From Raja brachyura (Eukaryota), in contig OY740804.1 of the NCBI GenBank assembly GCA_963514005.1, positions 5,704,001-5,768,000 of the forward strand: a stretch of 64,000 bases of DNA. Direction: 5' to 3'. Made by a program: the position numbers and the translations under genes. How positions within the stretch are numbered: the first letter of the stretch is position 1; every line of letters begins with the position of its first letter. The notes under the pieces were generated by a model. That model made no database searches. It saw nothing but the letters and a program-made list of their open reading frames with translations, and had not been told where the DNA came from. Below are positions 11,999 through 23,916 of the stretch, piece after piece.

Positions 11999-14900
11999 AG
12001 TAAGATTAAACGAGAACTTACCAGTTTGAAGCTTCATCGTTATTTTATGAGGAGTCGAGTTGAGGGACTACGTGAAGAACCCCGTACAGCCGTTCGTGCG
12101 TCAATCTTCAAAGCAACGATGTGAAATCACAGCTAATAGTGACTGAAGTATAATGGTAAGATAACAAAGACTAGAACTACCAGATTAAATCTAGGAGGGC
12201 TGGGATCGGAGGGCACGTAGTCCCTCAACTCGACTCCTCATAAAATAAGATCAAACTTCAAACTGGTAAGTTCTCGTTTAATATTACTATTTTACTTCGG
12301 AGTCACGTGAGTGACTACGTGAAGACTTCAAAGCTCTGTGATTTCATACCGTGTGAAACGTGTATACACAGCCACAGCTGCTTCATTGACAAATGAAGGG
12401 AAAACATTCATAATGTATACAGTCATAACATAGATGTAAAACGTGCTGACGCTGTTTAAATGAAACAATAATATTTCCATCTCTCACCCAGATGGAAAAT
12501 ATAACCAGAACATAAATAGAGTTAACAAATACTCCTGGTTCAGCAATGGGTCATTACAGATGTTTGGAGATTCGTTTGATGGACCATGCTCCAGCTGTAA
12601 CAATGCGACCCAGCGGAACATAAATACCCTTGCTGCTGATGTTGTAGCAGCCTTGGTGGAATGAGATCTGTAAACAGAATCCATTAGTACATAACACAAC
12701 TCCGTTTTTCTCATCTGGAATGGCCTGAACAATGAGTTCTCCCAAATTCTTTGTGACTAACATTGCTTGTCCAGAACTCCAAGGCTCTTGATGACCTTGG
12801 CATATTGTTGTATATATGTGCGCTTACCTTATCAAAGGTCCCCTAGTATGCCTGTGACTATTTTGAGACCCGACCCCCTTCTGGTCTGCTCAAGTATTTA
12901 TAACATAATATTATATATTATAATTTACAGGCGTTATCATCCTGTACCATCACAATTATTTAGCGACTGTACCTGCTGCACTAAACCAGTGCCAGAAGGA
13001 TAACTACCTAATAAACTCCAGCCACATTTAAGCAGCCTCCTGGTGAAATAGTGTTCACAAATGTCAACATCACATATGGCATTACACTGGTCCCGGGACC
13101 TATGTTGAAGATATCTTACCCCTTGATAACCGGTATGGACCCGATAGAGCGAGTCTTGTTTGCTACAGCCAACTCAATGAGGAAGCTCATCGACCCAATT
13201 AATGGCTGCATAACTCTATAATTAACAGACGATCATTTAGCATGAACTCGAAACATTATCAATCAATACCATTTTCCATGGAACAAAAGCATAACAAGCC
13301 CTTTCATCTCCTGGAAAAGAAAATTCTGCGGTTTGGTGCTATGCAAACACTTTGAACACATAGAAGGATAAATGTATAAACCCAAATCTTAGGGAAGTTT
13401 GTGAAACCTGCAGAACATAATTTGAGTTTATCATGCAACATCTGATTTGCGAAGCCTCAGTCTGAACAAACAAATGTACGTCTAAATAACCAATATGGTT
13501 ATATTATTATTCGCAACAAATCGGGAATCAATTTGCATAATCACACAATAGGAACTTAAAGCCTCTGAATGACTTTATTTGAAGCCTCGATTGATGAGAC
13601 AAAATGGAGGTAGCCATAAAAGACCTTCCTTCTCCTTTTGGCGCGAATGTATCTTTCGCCACTGCTATGCCAAATATTTTGCAACCAGTGAAATAAACAT
13701 GAAACAAATATCAATATACAGTGCGATTCAACACAACTCTGTGTTGCCATTACCCACACTTGATGATTCTCCTGTGGCAACAAGATTATGTAACCATTCC
13801 AGCGGTCTTTAACTGATTGCACCCTCGTGACTAACATATGCCATAATCACAATGCATCAACCTGAACATGAGCATAACAATATGCTTATTTGTCCAATCA
13901 CTCCATAACCCATACAATGCCTGTAGAGTCTATAGATAGTTGATACTAATAACAGAAATTTTTGGCAAGTCATGCAAATCTGTTCCATCTCCAAAGTAGA
14001 GATGATATTTGAGCTACTTGGTAACTACGTTAAACAGGAACTGTGGCCCGATTTTCGAGCCAGTCTTGTAAGACAATCTTGGTCCTTATACTGAACTTGC
14101 CCAATTCTAACCTGCTTGAAAAGCTAATATTGTACATTTTACATTTACCATTCAAAGTAGCTGATAATGTCTCAATCATTTGTAATATATAACTAAGTAT
14201 ACACCTTACCAAACTGCAAGTGGTCCCTTAATTGTAGAGTAGCACAGGTAATGCGTGGAACCTCTGGCCAACTTTCATGCTGCCAGCAACTTCAGCGAAC
14301 CGCTACTGCCAATAAAGACATGGGATGCATTGTCGCCGAAATTATGAAACCTTGCTCATTCCAATAGTTTGTGCTTCGCCCTCCAGGTTTCACCTATGGA
14401 AAAGTCTTACCTGAATAGAAGATTCGGGAGCCAACTGTAATGTCCCCCTGAGAGCGGTGTTCACTGCATATGTGTTTGGGATGGTAACTTTCTTGCCAGT
14501 CGTAGACCTCTGGCACATGTCCTGATCCCTTGGGCATGCTCTACAGCTATACCCTCTGACTCAGCGTTAAACTATACCAACCCCACATGCTCTCCTCTTA
14601 CATGAGGGAGTCATAAAACAGGCCTGCTACAAAGCCCTGCTGACACAATTTCCCCATTTAGGGCCATTAGCACCAATTTGCAATATAATGAAAGACTTAC
14701 CCAACACTACTGGAGCAGCAATGAACACTGTTTGATCATCATCGTGACTTCATTAATTTCAGCTGGTGTTAACAATGACCTAGATGGCACTTAATAATTA
14801 ACCATTTAACAAAATAACTGTTGCTCTACTTACACAGCTGAATTGCATCTATACAATTAACAATTAGTCTAATGACTAGAACTGTTTTATAACAACAACT

Positions 14901-15214
14901 GTCACCAAAGTCTATTGACGGCAATCTGTTGCCCAGGCCAGCATCATGGCCAATTGAATACCTAAAAGTAAATCCCAACATCCTACAAGTCTATTTGATA
15001 GGAACTTAATCTAACTGGAAAGAGGAGCCCAATTTCTCAAATATAGTTTGAGACTTAACAGTGGAATCTAGCACATATTTAATCTTTTTAAAACTGTGAA
15101 TAGTTTTCTTTGAATGCCTTTTTGTCATCATTCTGGTTATATTGCTTTATCCTAACAATGCCTCCTCATCCCCCATGATCACTGTAAATGGGAATACCCT
15201 ACTAAACTGCTATT

Positions 15215-15700
15215 CCCATAAAGCAGCTCTAACAATGTACTGCTGGCGCCCATGAAGCAGCCCTGAACAAAGGTGCTGCTGGTGCAGCCTTTCCCATAGG
15301 CCAGTATTTGCCATAGATTTGGCTTTCTCATGAAGCGGCCCTGAGCAAAGGTGCTGCTGGTATAACCTCTCCAATAGGCTAGCCTACCATAACTTGGCAT
15401 TCCCCTGGAGCAGTCCTGAGCAAAGGTACTGCTGCACCGCCTCTGCAATAGGCTTGCCTGCCATAGTTTTGCATCCCCATGAGCAGCCCTGAGCAAAGGT
15501 GCTGCTGGCACAGCCTCTCCAACAGGCTAGCCTGCCATAGTTTGGCATCCCCATGAGCAGTCCTAAACAAAGGTACTGCTGGCACAGCCTTTCCCATAGG
15601 CTGGCACTGCCATAACTTGGCATTCCCATGAAGCAGCCCTACCCAAAGGTGTTGCTGGCACAGCCTCCCCAATAGGCTGACACTGCCAAAATTTTACTGC
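15215..15700. repeat. ~75-bp minisatellite, about 6 copies, inside the DIRS element
   Basis: GCAGCCCTGAGCAAAGGTGCTGCTGG-like unit recurring at about 15257, 15335, 15410, 15483, 15557, 15633. Confidence 0.85.
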
Positions 15701-15794
15701 TGACCCAACTCCTGCTGAAGAAGTGCCTCTAAATTAATTCCAAGAGGTGAAACCTCCCAGCTTTCCTAATTATACTGACTATTTTTGTTACTTG

Positions 15795-16190
15795 TCCCCA
15801 TATCCTGGGAATTATTGTAGTTTGGGAACCCCATAGGTGAATTTCCCCTCCCCGGGAATCCATATAAATATATAAATATATACCCGCGGTACCCTCCTGG
15901 CACCCAGGCTAATCATTTATGTGAGTTAACCCCATTTCCTGGGGACTACTGCGGTCTGGGAACGGCATATACTTGGGTTTCCCCTGCACCGGGAACCCAG
16001 CCAAACCATTTAGGTTCGTTTTAACGCCATGTGCTGGGGACGACTGCGATGTAAAACCGCATATACTTGGGTTTCACCTCCACCGGGAACCCAGGCTGAC
16101 CATTCAGGCCCGTTAAGCCCCATCCCCTAGGGACTACTGTGGTCTAGAACCGCACTATACTCGGGTATCCCCTCACCGGGACCCCAACGC
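15795..16190. repeat. ~95-bp degenerate tandem repeat, about 4 copies, inside the DIRS 5' region
   Basis: GGGACTACTG...GCATATACTTGGGTTTC...CACCGGGAACCC recurring at about 15940, 16036, 16129. Confidence 0.7.
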
Positions 16191-16518
16191 ATAGAGTCAC
16201 TGACCGCGTTATCAGTGGCTCCGATCGCGAACGCGACTTTCCCAGCTCTCCGCTTCCGCCGTCGGACCAGGGTTTTCCCCCAAAGCCCTCGGCTGGTTCA
16301 CTCCTCGGCCATCGCAAATATCCCGCAAAAACCCCGGAGGTTCCTGCAGGAGACCTACAACAGGTAAGAAATAGCACTTACCTGAAACTTTTTTAGACTT
16401 ACAGTTGGAGGAGCTGCGCTGCTCCACAGTCATCTGCACAAAAGCGTCTGACGCAATGACGCATGAACGGCTGTGCGGGGTTCTTCACGTAGTCACTCAC
16501 GTGACTCCGAAGTAAAAT

Positions 16519-16800
16519 CCTACTCACAGTTGGCAGAAAGGCCATTACAAGAAACTGGCTTGCAGCGGACACACCCAGACTTAGACAATGGTTAGACATA
16601 GTACAGGAAATATTTGTCATGGATAAAATGACATAAGAGTGAAACAAGACGAGTTTAACAGAAAATGGGAAAATGGATTAGGTATAGAAATATAGACATC
16701 AACACTATCATTTTATTGACAATAATGTAAGTTATTGGAAAATGTTTTAATAAGAAAATAGTTCTGTATACTGCATCATTAATTGTAAACTGAACCCCCC
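16519..16800 (+). mobile_element. Remainder of the interrupted L1-clade ORF2 3' end
   Basis: LLTVGRKAITRNWLAADTPRLRQWLDIVQEIFVMDK, continuous with 11410-11998. Confidence 0.7.
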
Positions 16801-17636
16801 GCTACACTGTTGTACGTTTCACTGTATTGTTGTATGTTCCGTTGTTATATTTGTGTTTTATTTGTGTATACATAAAAGCAATAAGATCTAAAGTGAAAAA
16901 AAGTGGGGGCGTGAGCGGGGGGGGCGGTGGGGGGCGAGGGGGGGCGGGTGGGGTGGGGTTAGGAATTAAGAACGTTAATAAAAGCCACGATGATATGAGC
17001 GGGCCTTTAACCGAATTTTCAAACACGATTCCTCCATCCACACACGAACCACGCTAATCCAAGTAATATCGAGGATGTGAGATTAAGCATTATCATTTTT
17101 AATTTATTTTATTAATTGGCCTCATCTGTTTCCATATTTATTGCCCCATCTCCCTTCCACCATTAGCATTGATCCTTTTTTTATTATTCCTGTCTATCCA
17201 TATGGATTTTATTATAATCTTCCTTGCAGTTGCATTTTCTTTCTTCCACGGTATTACACTGTTCTTTGTATCCTTCCACATCCCCAGTTTCCCTCTCCCG
17301 TGACTCCCAGTCTGAAGAAGGGTCTCGACCCGAAACGGCACGCATTTCCTTCTCTCCAGAGATGCTGCCTCTCCCGCTGTGTTTCTCCAGCATTTGGTGT
17401 CTATCTACGTATTCACTGGATTGACTGCACCATCTTATGACTTATTTCTCTGTCTTCTCTGAATCCGTTTAACCATGTAATGTCTCATTCCCAGTATTGT
17501 AGCCATGCCCCAGCAATGAGGTCAGTAATTGGTGATCATAAGTTGTGTCCACTCCCACCCCCCAGTCCAACACCCGTTCTTGCTCCAAGCTGATCTCCAT
17601 TGACTCCGTTGTTTCGCCCCGCTCCACCTCACCAAG

Positions 17637-17655
17637 ATTATGAAGCAAATAATAG
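17637..17655 (+). CDS. Gene A candidate stalk micro-exon (DYEANN(S))
   Basis: caccaAG|ATTATGAAGCAAATAATAG|GTAAAT. Phase 1 to 2 bridges C2a to the TM exon. Paralog of 919-937. Confidence 0.4.
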
Positions 17656-17723
17656 GTAAATGCTTCAAAGATAAACCGTATCGTTTCCTTCCATTGATTC
17701 TGTATCTCTTGCCCTTTGCCCAG

Positions 17724-17814
17724 TTACACCGCGTGGAAAGTGGGGCGCTGGATGTTCTTTCTCCTGCTTGTGATCTAGAGTATCTTAATCGCGATGTTCA
17801 TAAGAGGCTCTAAG
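17724..17814 (+). pseudogene. Gene A TM exon with in-frame stop: YTAWKVGRWMFFLLLVI*SILIAMFIRGSK
   Basis: Same splice sites as 1006-1096. TAG at 17776-17778 where the paralog has TGG. Confidence 0.75.
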
Positions 17815-18255
17815 GTAGGTTTTATTGTCATCATGTTCATAAATTATAGGAGAATAATTATGCCATTCAGCCGATCATATCTAAACCGCCCACAATCACG
17901 GCTGATTTATCCTTCCCTCTCGACCCCATTCACCTGCCTTCTCCCCATAACCCTTGACATCCTTACTTGTCAAGAATATGAAAATCTCCGCCTTAACAAT
18001 ATCAATTGATTTGGATAAATACAAAAATGCTGGAGTAACTCAGAGGGACAGACAGCATCGCCGGTGTAAATAGACTTGGCCTCCACTGCATCATGTGGTT
18101 TTGTACTGTTGGACGTGTGCAGGGTGGATTTCTGTGTCCGGTGTAGTTTCGTTGGGGTTCATCTTTCAGACAGAAATGTGTTGGGAGTGGTCGGGTCAAA
18201 TAAAGAGTGGTTCCCACTGTCAGTCAGTCTGACGACTTCACATTGTCTTTTGCAG

Positions 18256-18303
18256 AGACGCGATGAATCAGAACTTCGCCACTCGACCCACGAATTACAA
18301 TGA
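18256..18303 (+). CDS. Gene A terminal exon RRDESELRHSTHELQ* (untranslated if the TM stop is used)
   Basis: tcttttgcAG acceptor, TGA at 18301-18303, AATAAA at 18487-18492. Paralog of 1481-1528. Confidence 0.65.
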   Translation, partial: RRDESELRHSTHELQ

Positions 18304-18713
18304 AGACTGGTAGCTTGCGCCATCTTAATTTTTACAAATCTTCCAAGGTTTCTTTCGTCAGATTAGAACTATTGTTTTAACCGTTGCGTGATTTCTGCTG
18401 CACCAGAGTCTTATACCCTTTTAAGCTAAATTATATGTAATCAACTTCCTGGAAAAATTGAATAATAATGCAACAGAATGCATCTTAATAAATGGTTGTT
18501 GTCAATTAATAGTTTGTCTAATTTGTTTTGTTTAGACTGTAACTTTAGTGATGAAGAACAGGCTGCAGGTTAATTCTCGTGTTGCCAAACATTAAAGGCG
18601 TTTAGGAAAGGCAATCAAAATAATCTTTCAGACCATGCTATCCCATCAGAACAAAATTATGCAACGACATTGTTCTGACATTGTTTCTTCCCAAATATCT
18701 TTCATTATAGATT

Positions 18714-20720
18714 AGCCTGTTTCATTTTCCCATAATTGGCGGTATGATTCTGTTGTTGGAATTTCCCTATCCAAAAGAGTATTATATATATACGCTATTA
18801 GTTTTTCTGTATTTGGGTGCTTGTTAAGCAATTCATCCAATAATCCTGGTTCTCTATTTTTATAGTCTTGCATGTTTGACTTAATATAGTCTCTGATTTG
18901 TAAATACCTAAACAGGTTATTTTGATGCAATCCATAGATATATTTTAACTCTTGAAATGAGAGAAATTTTCTTTCTTGTAAAGGTGTTCTATCCTTATAA
19001 TTCCTAAATTTTTCCATTGTCTAATTCCCCTATCCAATATAGAGGGTTTAAACAAAGGATTATTCATAATTGGTAAGCAATGCGATATATTATCCAAATG
19101 TTGAGTCTTAACTATTTGTTTCCAAATACGTCTATTGCTATAAATTATAGGGTTTTCTCTATAAATTTTTTGTTGTACTTCCCTTGGAGCAAAGAGAATC
19201 GAACTTATATCAAAAGGTAAACAGTCTTCCATTTCCATCTTTAACCAAGCTGGTTCCTGATCCATATTTACCAACCAAAAATTCATATTCTGAATCTGAA
19301 CCGCCCAAAAATAATATAAGAAATTAGGCAATGCTAATCCTCCATTTATCTTAAATTTACATAAATGTTTTTTACTTATTCTATGACTTTTATAATCCCA
19401 AATAAAGCTATTAACAATAGAATCGATTTTAAAAAGAAGTTTTAGAAAGGTATAAAGGGATAGATTGAAATAAATATAATAATTGTAGTAGAAAAATCAT
19501 TTTTATAGCATTTATTCTGCCGATCATTGATATTGGTAGTGTTTTCCAATATAGGATATTCTTTTTTAGTTTGTTCAATAATTGTGGATAATTTGATTTG
19601 AATAAAGAATTATAAGATTTAGATACATGAATTCCTAGATATTTAATTTTGGCCGTAACTATTTTCAATGGGAATTGTTGTAATATATGTGATTTTATTC
19701 CAGTTATAGGCATAATTTCACTTTTATTCCAATTAATTCTATATCCTGAAAATGTACCAAATTTAGTTATAAAATTAAGTAGATTAGGAATACTAATCTC
19801 CGGTTTCATAATATATATTAAGACATCATCTGCATATAAAGATATTTTATTCGTTGTGGTATTGGTATTATATCCATATATTTCTGGGTCTGATCTAATC
19901 TTTTCGGCTAATGGTTCTATTGCAAGAGCAAATAATAAAGGTGATAACGGACATTCTTGTCTATAACCCCTAAAGAGATTAAATTTAGCTGATAACATTT
20001 GATTTGTTAATATTCGTGCTGTTGGGTTAGAATATAGAATTTTAACCCATTTACAAAATCTATCCCCCAGTTGAAATTTCTGCATTATCTTAAATAAGTA
20101 AGGCCATTCAACCTGACCGAATGCTTTTTCCGCATCAAGAGATATAACAGCTAATTCAATATCATTAACTCTTTTTGAATATATGATATTGAATAGACGT
20201 CTCAAGTTATAAGTGGAATAACGTTTGGGAATAAAGCCTGTTTGATCACGATGTATTAATTTATTAATCACTAAACTTAATCTTTGAGATAAAATTTTAG
20301 TTAATATTTTTTGATCAGTATTTAGAAGAGCGATTGCTCTATATGATCCAGGATCTTCCAGATCCTTATCTACTTTAGGAATTAATGTAATTGTGGACTC
20401 ATTTAGAGTTTCTGGTAACTTTCCTTGTTCGTAAGCGTATTTATATGTTGTTTGTAAACGTGGGGAAATCAAATCATGAAACTTCTTATAAAATTCAATA
20501 CCTAGACCATCGGGTCCAGCAGCGTTTCCATTTTTCAATGATCTGATTGATTCCTCAATGTATTTTACTGATACTTCAGCATCTAACAAGTCTCTTCCTT
20601 CCTGATCCAAGCCTTTAATATGACATTCATGTAGGAATGTTTCCATTCCGTCAGGTTGACCCGTCAATTTAGTTGAATAAAGTTTTTGATAGTAATGCAG
20701 AAATCTGTCATTAATATATT
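18714..20720 (-). mobile_element. L1-clade LINE ORF2 fragment (reverse transcriptase)
   Basis: ORF 19429-20958 contains AGPDGL, YRAIALLNTDQKIL, SLDAEKAF, RQECPLSPLLF, LYADDVL and KYLGI. Frameshifted C-terminal ORFs follow. Confidence 0.9.
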
Positions 20721-20831
20721 TAACGGAAACCACTTTCGACCATTTGGGAGAATGACAAAAACCTCCGGGAACTGCACGGAAACCTTGGGTGGGGCGCAAA
20801 GTCACCAGAGGTTTCCTTTCAGGTTTCCTAA

Positions 20832-21080
20832 TGCCCCTGTCCCACTTAGGAAACCTGAACAGAACCCTCTGGAGACTTTGTGCCAACCCCCCCCCCCCCC
20901 CCCCCCAAGGTTTCCGTGCGGTTCCCGGAGGTTTTTGTCCTCCGGCAACCACCTTCAACTAGCATTGCAACCGGCTTCGACTAAAAAATTACCGATTTTT
21001 AAAACGGAAACCACTTTCCACCTTTAGGGAGACTGACAAAAACTTCCGGGTTCCCACCATTCCTAAGTGGGACAGGGGCA
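20832..21080. mobile_element. MITE with terminal inverted repeats (PIF/Harbinger-like)
   Basis: TGCCCCTGTCCCACTTAGGAA ... TTCCTAAGTGGGACAGGGGCA flanked by TAA and TTA. A related internal piece lies at 20725-20830. Confidence 0.6.
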
Positions 21081-21254
21081 TTAGATTAGATTAGATTAGA
21101 TTTTATTATTTGTCATTCGAACCTCAGAAAACGAAACTCTTTTTCTACAGCCATACAAACAAAACAATTCCTACAAAACATACAAACAGTTCAATTTGCA
21201 CAAACATCCATCACAGTGAATCTCCTCCTCACTGTGATGGAAGACAAAGTCTTA

Positions 21255-21735
21255 GTGGGAAAGGGGCATTAGGCAGACTGAACAGCGGTGTTCAGCGAAA
21301 CGATCGCCGAGCCTGCGCTTGTTCTCGCTTCTTGTCGATCGTTTCACTGAACACCTCCGCTGAATCCGCCTGATATCTCGGTCGCTAAACACTTTAGCTC
21401 CCCCTCCCATTCCCACACTGACATTTCTGTCCTGGGCATCCTCCATTATCAGAGTGAGTCCCAGCGCAAATTGGAGGAATGGCACCTCATATTACGCTTG
21501 GCCAGCTTACACCCCAGCGGTGGGAACATTGACATCTTTAACTTAAAGTAACCCTTGCTTTCCCTTTCAATACCCCCCCCCCCCCCCCCTTCCCAGTTCT
21601 CCGATCAGTCTGGCAGTCTGCGACTACATTTGATCTCTAATAACTTTTTTGTTACCTTCTCCCAGCTAACAATTTTCTATTCTACATTTTCCTTTGATCT
21701 GCATGCCCTTCGTCCCGTTTTCACATGTTAAAATT
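21255..21735 (+). mobile_element. Penelope-like fragment (paralog of 2110-2590)
   Basis: Same inverted KRRLGDRFAEH piece and the plus-strand RKLEE.HLILRL segment. Confidence 0.6.
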
Positions 21736-22269
21736 CCGGGTTCGATCCTGACCATTGGAGCTGTCTGAATGGAGTTTGAACGTTGTACCAATGACCGCGT
21801 GAGTTTTCTTCGAGACCTTCGGTTTCCTCCCACACTCAAAGGACGTATGGGTGTGTAGGTTAATTGGCTTGCTATAAATGTAAATTGTCACCGTGTGTGC
21901 CGGGTAGTGTCAATGTGCTGGTCAGTGTGGACTCAGTGGGCCGAAGGGCCTGTTTCCTCGCTGCATCTCCAAACTAAACTAAACTAAACTAAATTAGTGG
22001 AAAGTCAATTCTTGTGCAGAAGAAAATCGGTGAGTTGCAGCTTGCAAAGCGCGGGGTGTGAAACTGCAAATACATTGTGTTGCTTTCCTCAGTCTGACTT
22101 GTGACTGTAACCCCGCCCATGAAAGAACCGTGATGCATGTTGTTTGTCAATAAAAAATGGTGACCTGCAAAAACGGTGTGACCACCATAGACTCAAGGAT
22201 TGCTTTGGGTAAAATGTCCCACTGACAAAGATAAATATTATTCACACAGTAAACGGGGGGACGATGAAA

Positions 22270-23031
22270 TTAGACCAGAGGCTGCTTTGAACTCACAAAC
22301 CCCCAGGTGAGGGATATCCGGGGGTGCTGAATAGCCAGAGATGCTTGCAGATTCTGTGGTCACACTGTTGCTGCCTGGCCCATTCAACGCGAGCTTGTTA
22401 ATGGTCTAATGTGAGGAATGAACTTGAATTGGAGCTTTTCCCCACTGCAAGACATCCCAAAGTGCCTCACAGATAGTGAGAGGTAAACGGTCTGAGATGC
22501 CACAGATAGACATAAAATACTGGAGCAAATCAGCGAGATAGGCAGCTTCACTAAAGGTAAACAATGGGTGACATTTCGGGTCGATGCCACTGTTGGTGCT
22601 GGCTTGCAATGTACTTTAATCTAATATGTTCAAACAGTCATTTCTTTCTTTACGCTGAATTTTTCTACAGTGCTGACACCTTGCTCGCGCTGCTGAAACA
22701 AGGGTGTGTAGATTCGTATCTCTGAAACGCATCTTACGAGCAGCTCGTTGTAACACTGTTTGCAGAGAGGTGTTGCAGAAGTCATGGGTCAAAGACGAAT
22801 GCCACAGGAGATGCTTTGAACTCATAAATCCCCAGGTCAGGGATATTCGAGGGGTGCTGAATAGCCGGAGATACTTGCAGATTCTGTGGTCACACTGATG
22901 CTGCCTGGCTCGTTCAAACTGAGCTTGTTAATGGTCTAATGGGAGGAATTGGAGCTTTTCCCCACTCCAGGACATCCCAAAGTCCCTCAAAGATAGTGAG
23001 AGGTAAACGGTCTGTGATGCCACAGATAGAC
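22270..23031. repeat. Local tandem duplication of the intergenic block homologous to ~3610-4130
   Basis: GCTTTGAACTCA.AAA.CCC.AGGT.AGGGATAT recurs at ~22284 and ~22813. TTGCTCGCGCTGCTGAAACAAGGGTGTGTAGA occurs at ~4009, 22681 and 24106. Confidence 0.75.
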
Positions 23032-23916
23032 TAGCAATGTTACAACATTTTGAGATTTAAAGAATCAAGTCTGCAATTTATCCCATCAGATACCGCATAA
23101 AAAGAAGTTTAATTTGACACCTAATTCACTTTCATATCTTCAGTATTAAGAAAGTTATGGCCATTTTCATACTCGGCAATTAGCATATTGTTCCCCATTG
23201 CCTTTCAATTGACTTAACTCAAAAGCTGTGATCTGGAACAGTTAAAAGCCCATAACTTTCTTAAAAATTAAGAGAACTCAATGAAATTTTCACTTATTAT
23301 AGATTGAAGCATTCTGAAACAGATATGAAACAATCTTACTTGGATAACCAGAAATTAAAGCATATAATTAGTTAGTTATCTAATTGTAGCTAATTACAAA
23401 ATTCAACGAGTAGATCTAAACATCTATCAATTTCTTAAGAAAAGATAAACTTTTTTTTAATTGCCTAAGTGTCCAAATAACTTTCACACAATAATTCACA
23501 ATATAACATAATTTTTAAATCTCATTTTCATGAATTTCTGGGCCAAATAGAAGGAATTTAGTGTTTGATTCCTGTAAATTAATGGCCATTTAAATCAACT
23601 AGCGAGTGGGTTTTAGTGGAATGCGGTGGATTGGAACGTTGCGGTTGGCGGTGAAGTCGGGAGGAAAAATACTGTTTGTTCATACATTTTTTTGGACCCC
23701 ATTTCGCAACATGAAAATGTTATTAAAGCCTCATTCATTCATGAAATGTCGGAGCGATTTTTCTTCCGCAACGAAATCGCCCGACATTGATCGATTTTTC
23801 CTGCCTGTGGAAAAACGGCACTTTAAGCCCGCCCCCCTCTGAAAGGCGCCAAAGTCGCGCCCACGGGGAGCGGCAGAACTGCAGTGCTGCTCAAGGTAAG
23901 TTTTATAACATACCTA
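23032..23916. mobile_element. Non-autonomous DNA-transposon-like insertion, 885 bp
   Basis: Imperfect TIRs TAGCAATGTTACAA / TTATAACATACCTA, flanked by direct repeat GATAGAC (23025-23031 and 23917-23923). Empty sites in paralogs at ~22505 and ~3830. Confidence 0.7.

Larger units (their letters stand above)
11999..16518 (-). mobile_element. DIRS-type tyrosine-recombinase retrotransposon, decayed internally
   Basis: ITRs ~12066-12103 and 16455-16494. Internal complementary region 12214-12325 pairs with both termini (12003-12073 and 16481-16518). YR remnant RSHSTKAATTSAA...TAGAWS on the minus strand at ~12570-12680. No classical TSD. Confidence 0.85.

Noticed and set aside
15179-15672. Repetitive minus-strand ORFs or a CRISPR-like array
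   Set aside because: A ~75-bp degenerate minisatellite without unique spacers inside a DIRS element, in eukaryotic DNA with no cas genes.
19429-20958. 509-aa ORF as a host gene
   Set aside because: It is an L1 reverse transcriptase fragment whose N-terminal part is read through an adjacent MITE by chance.
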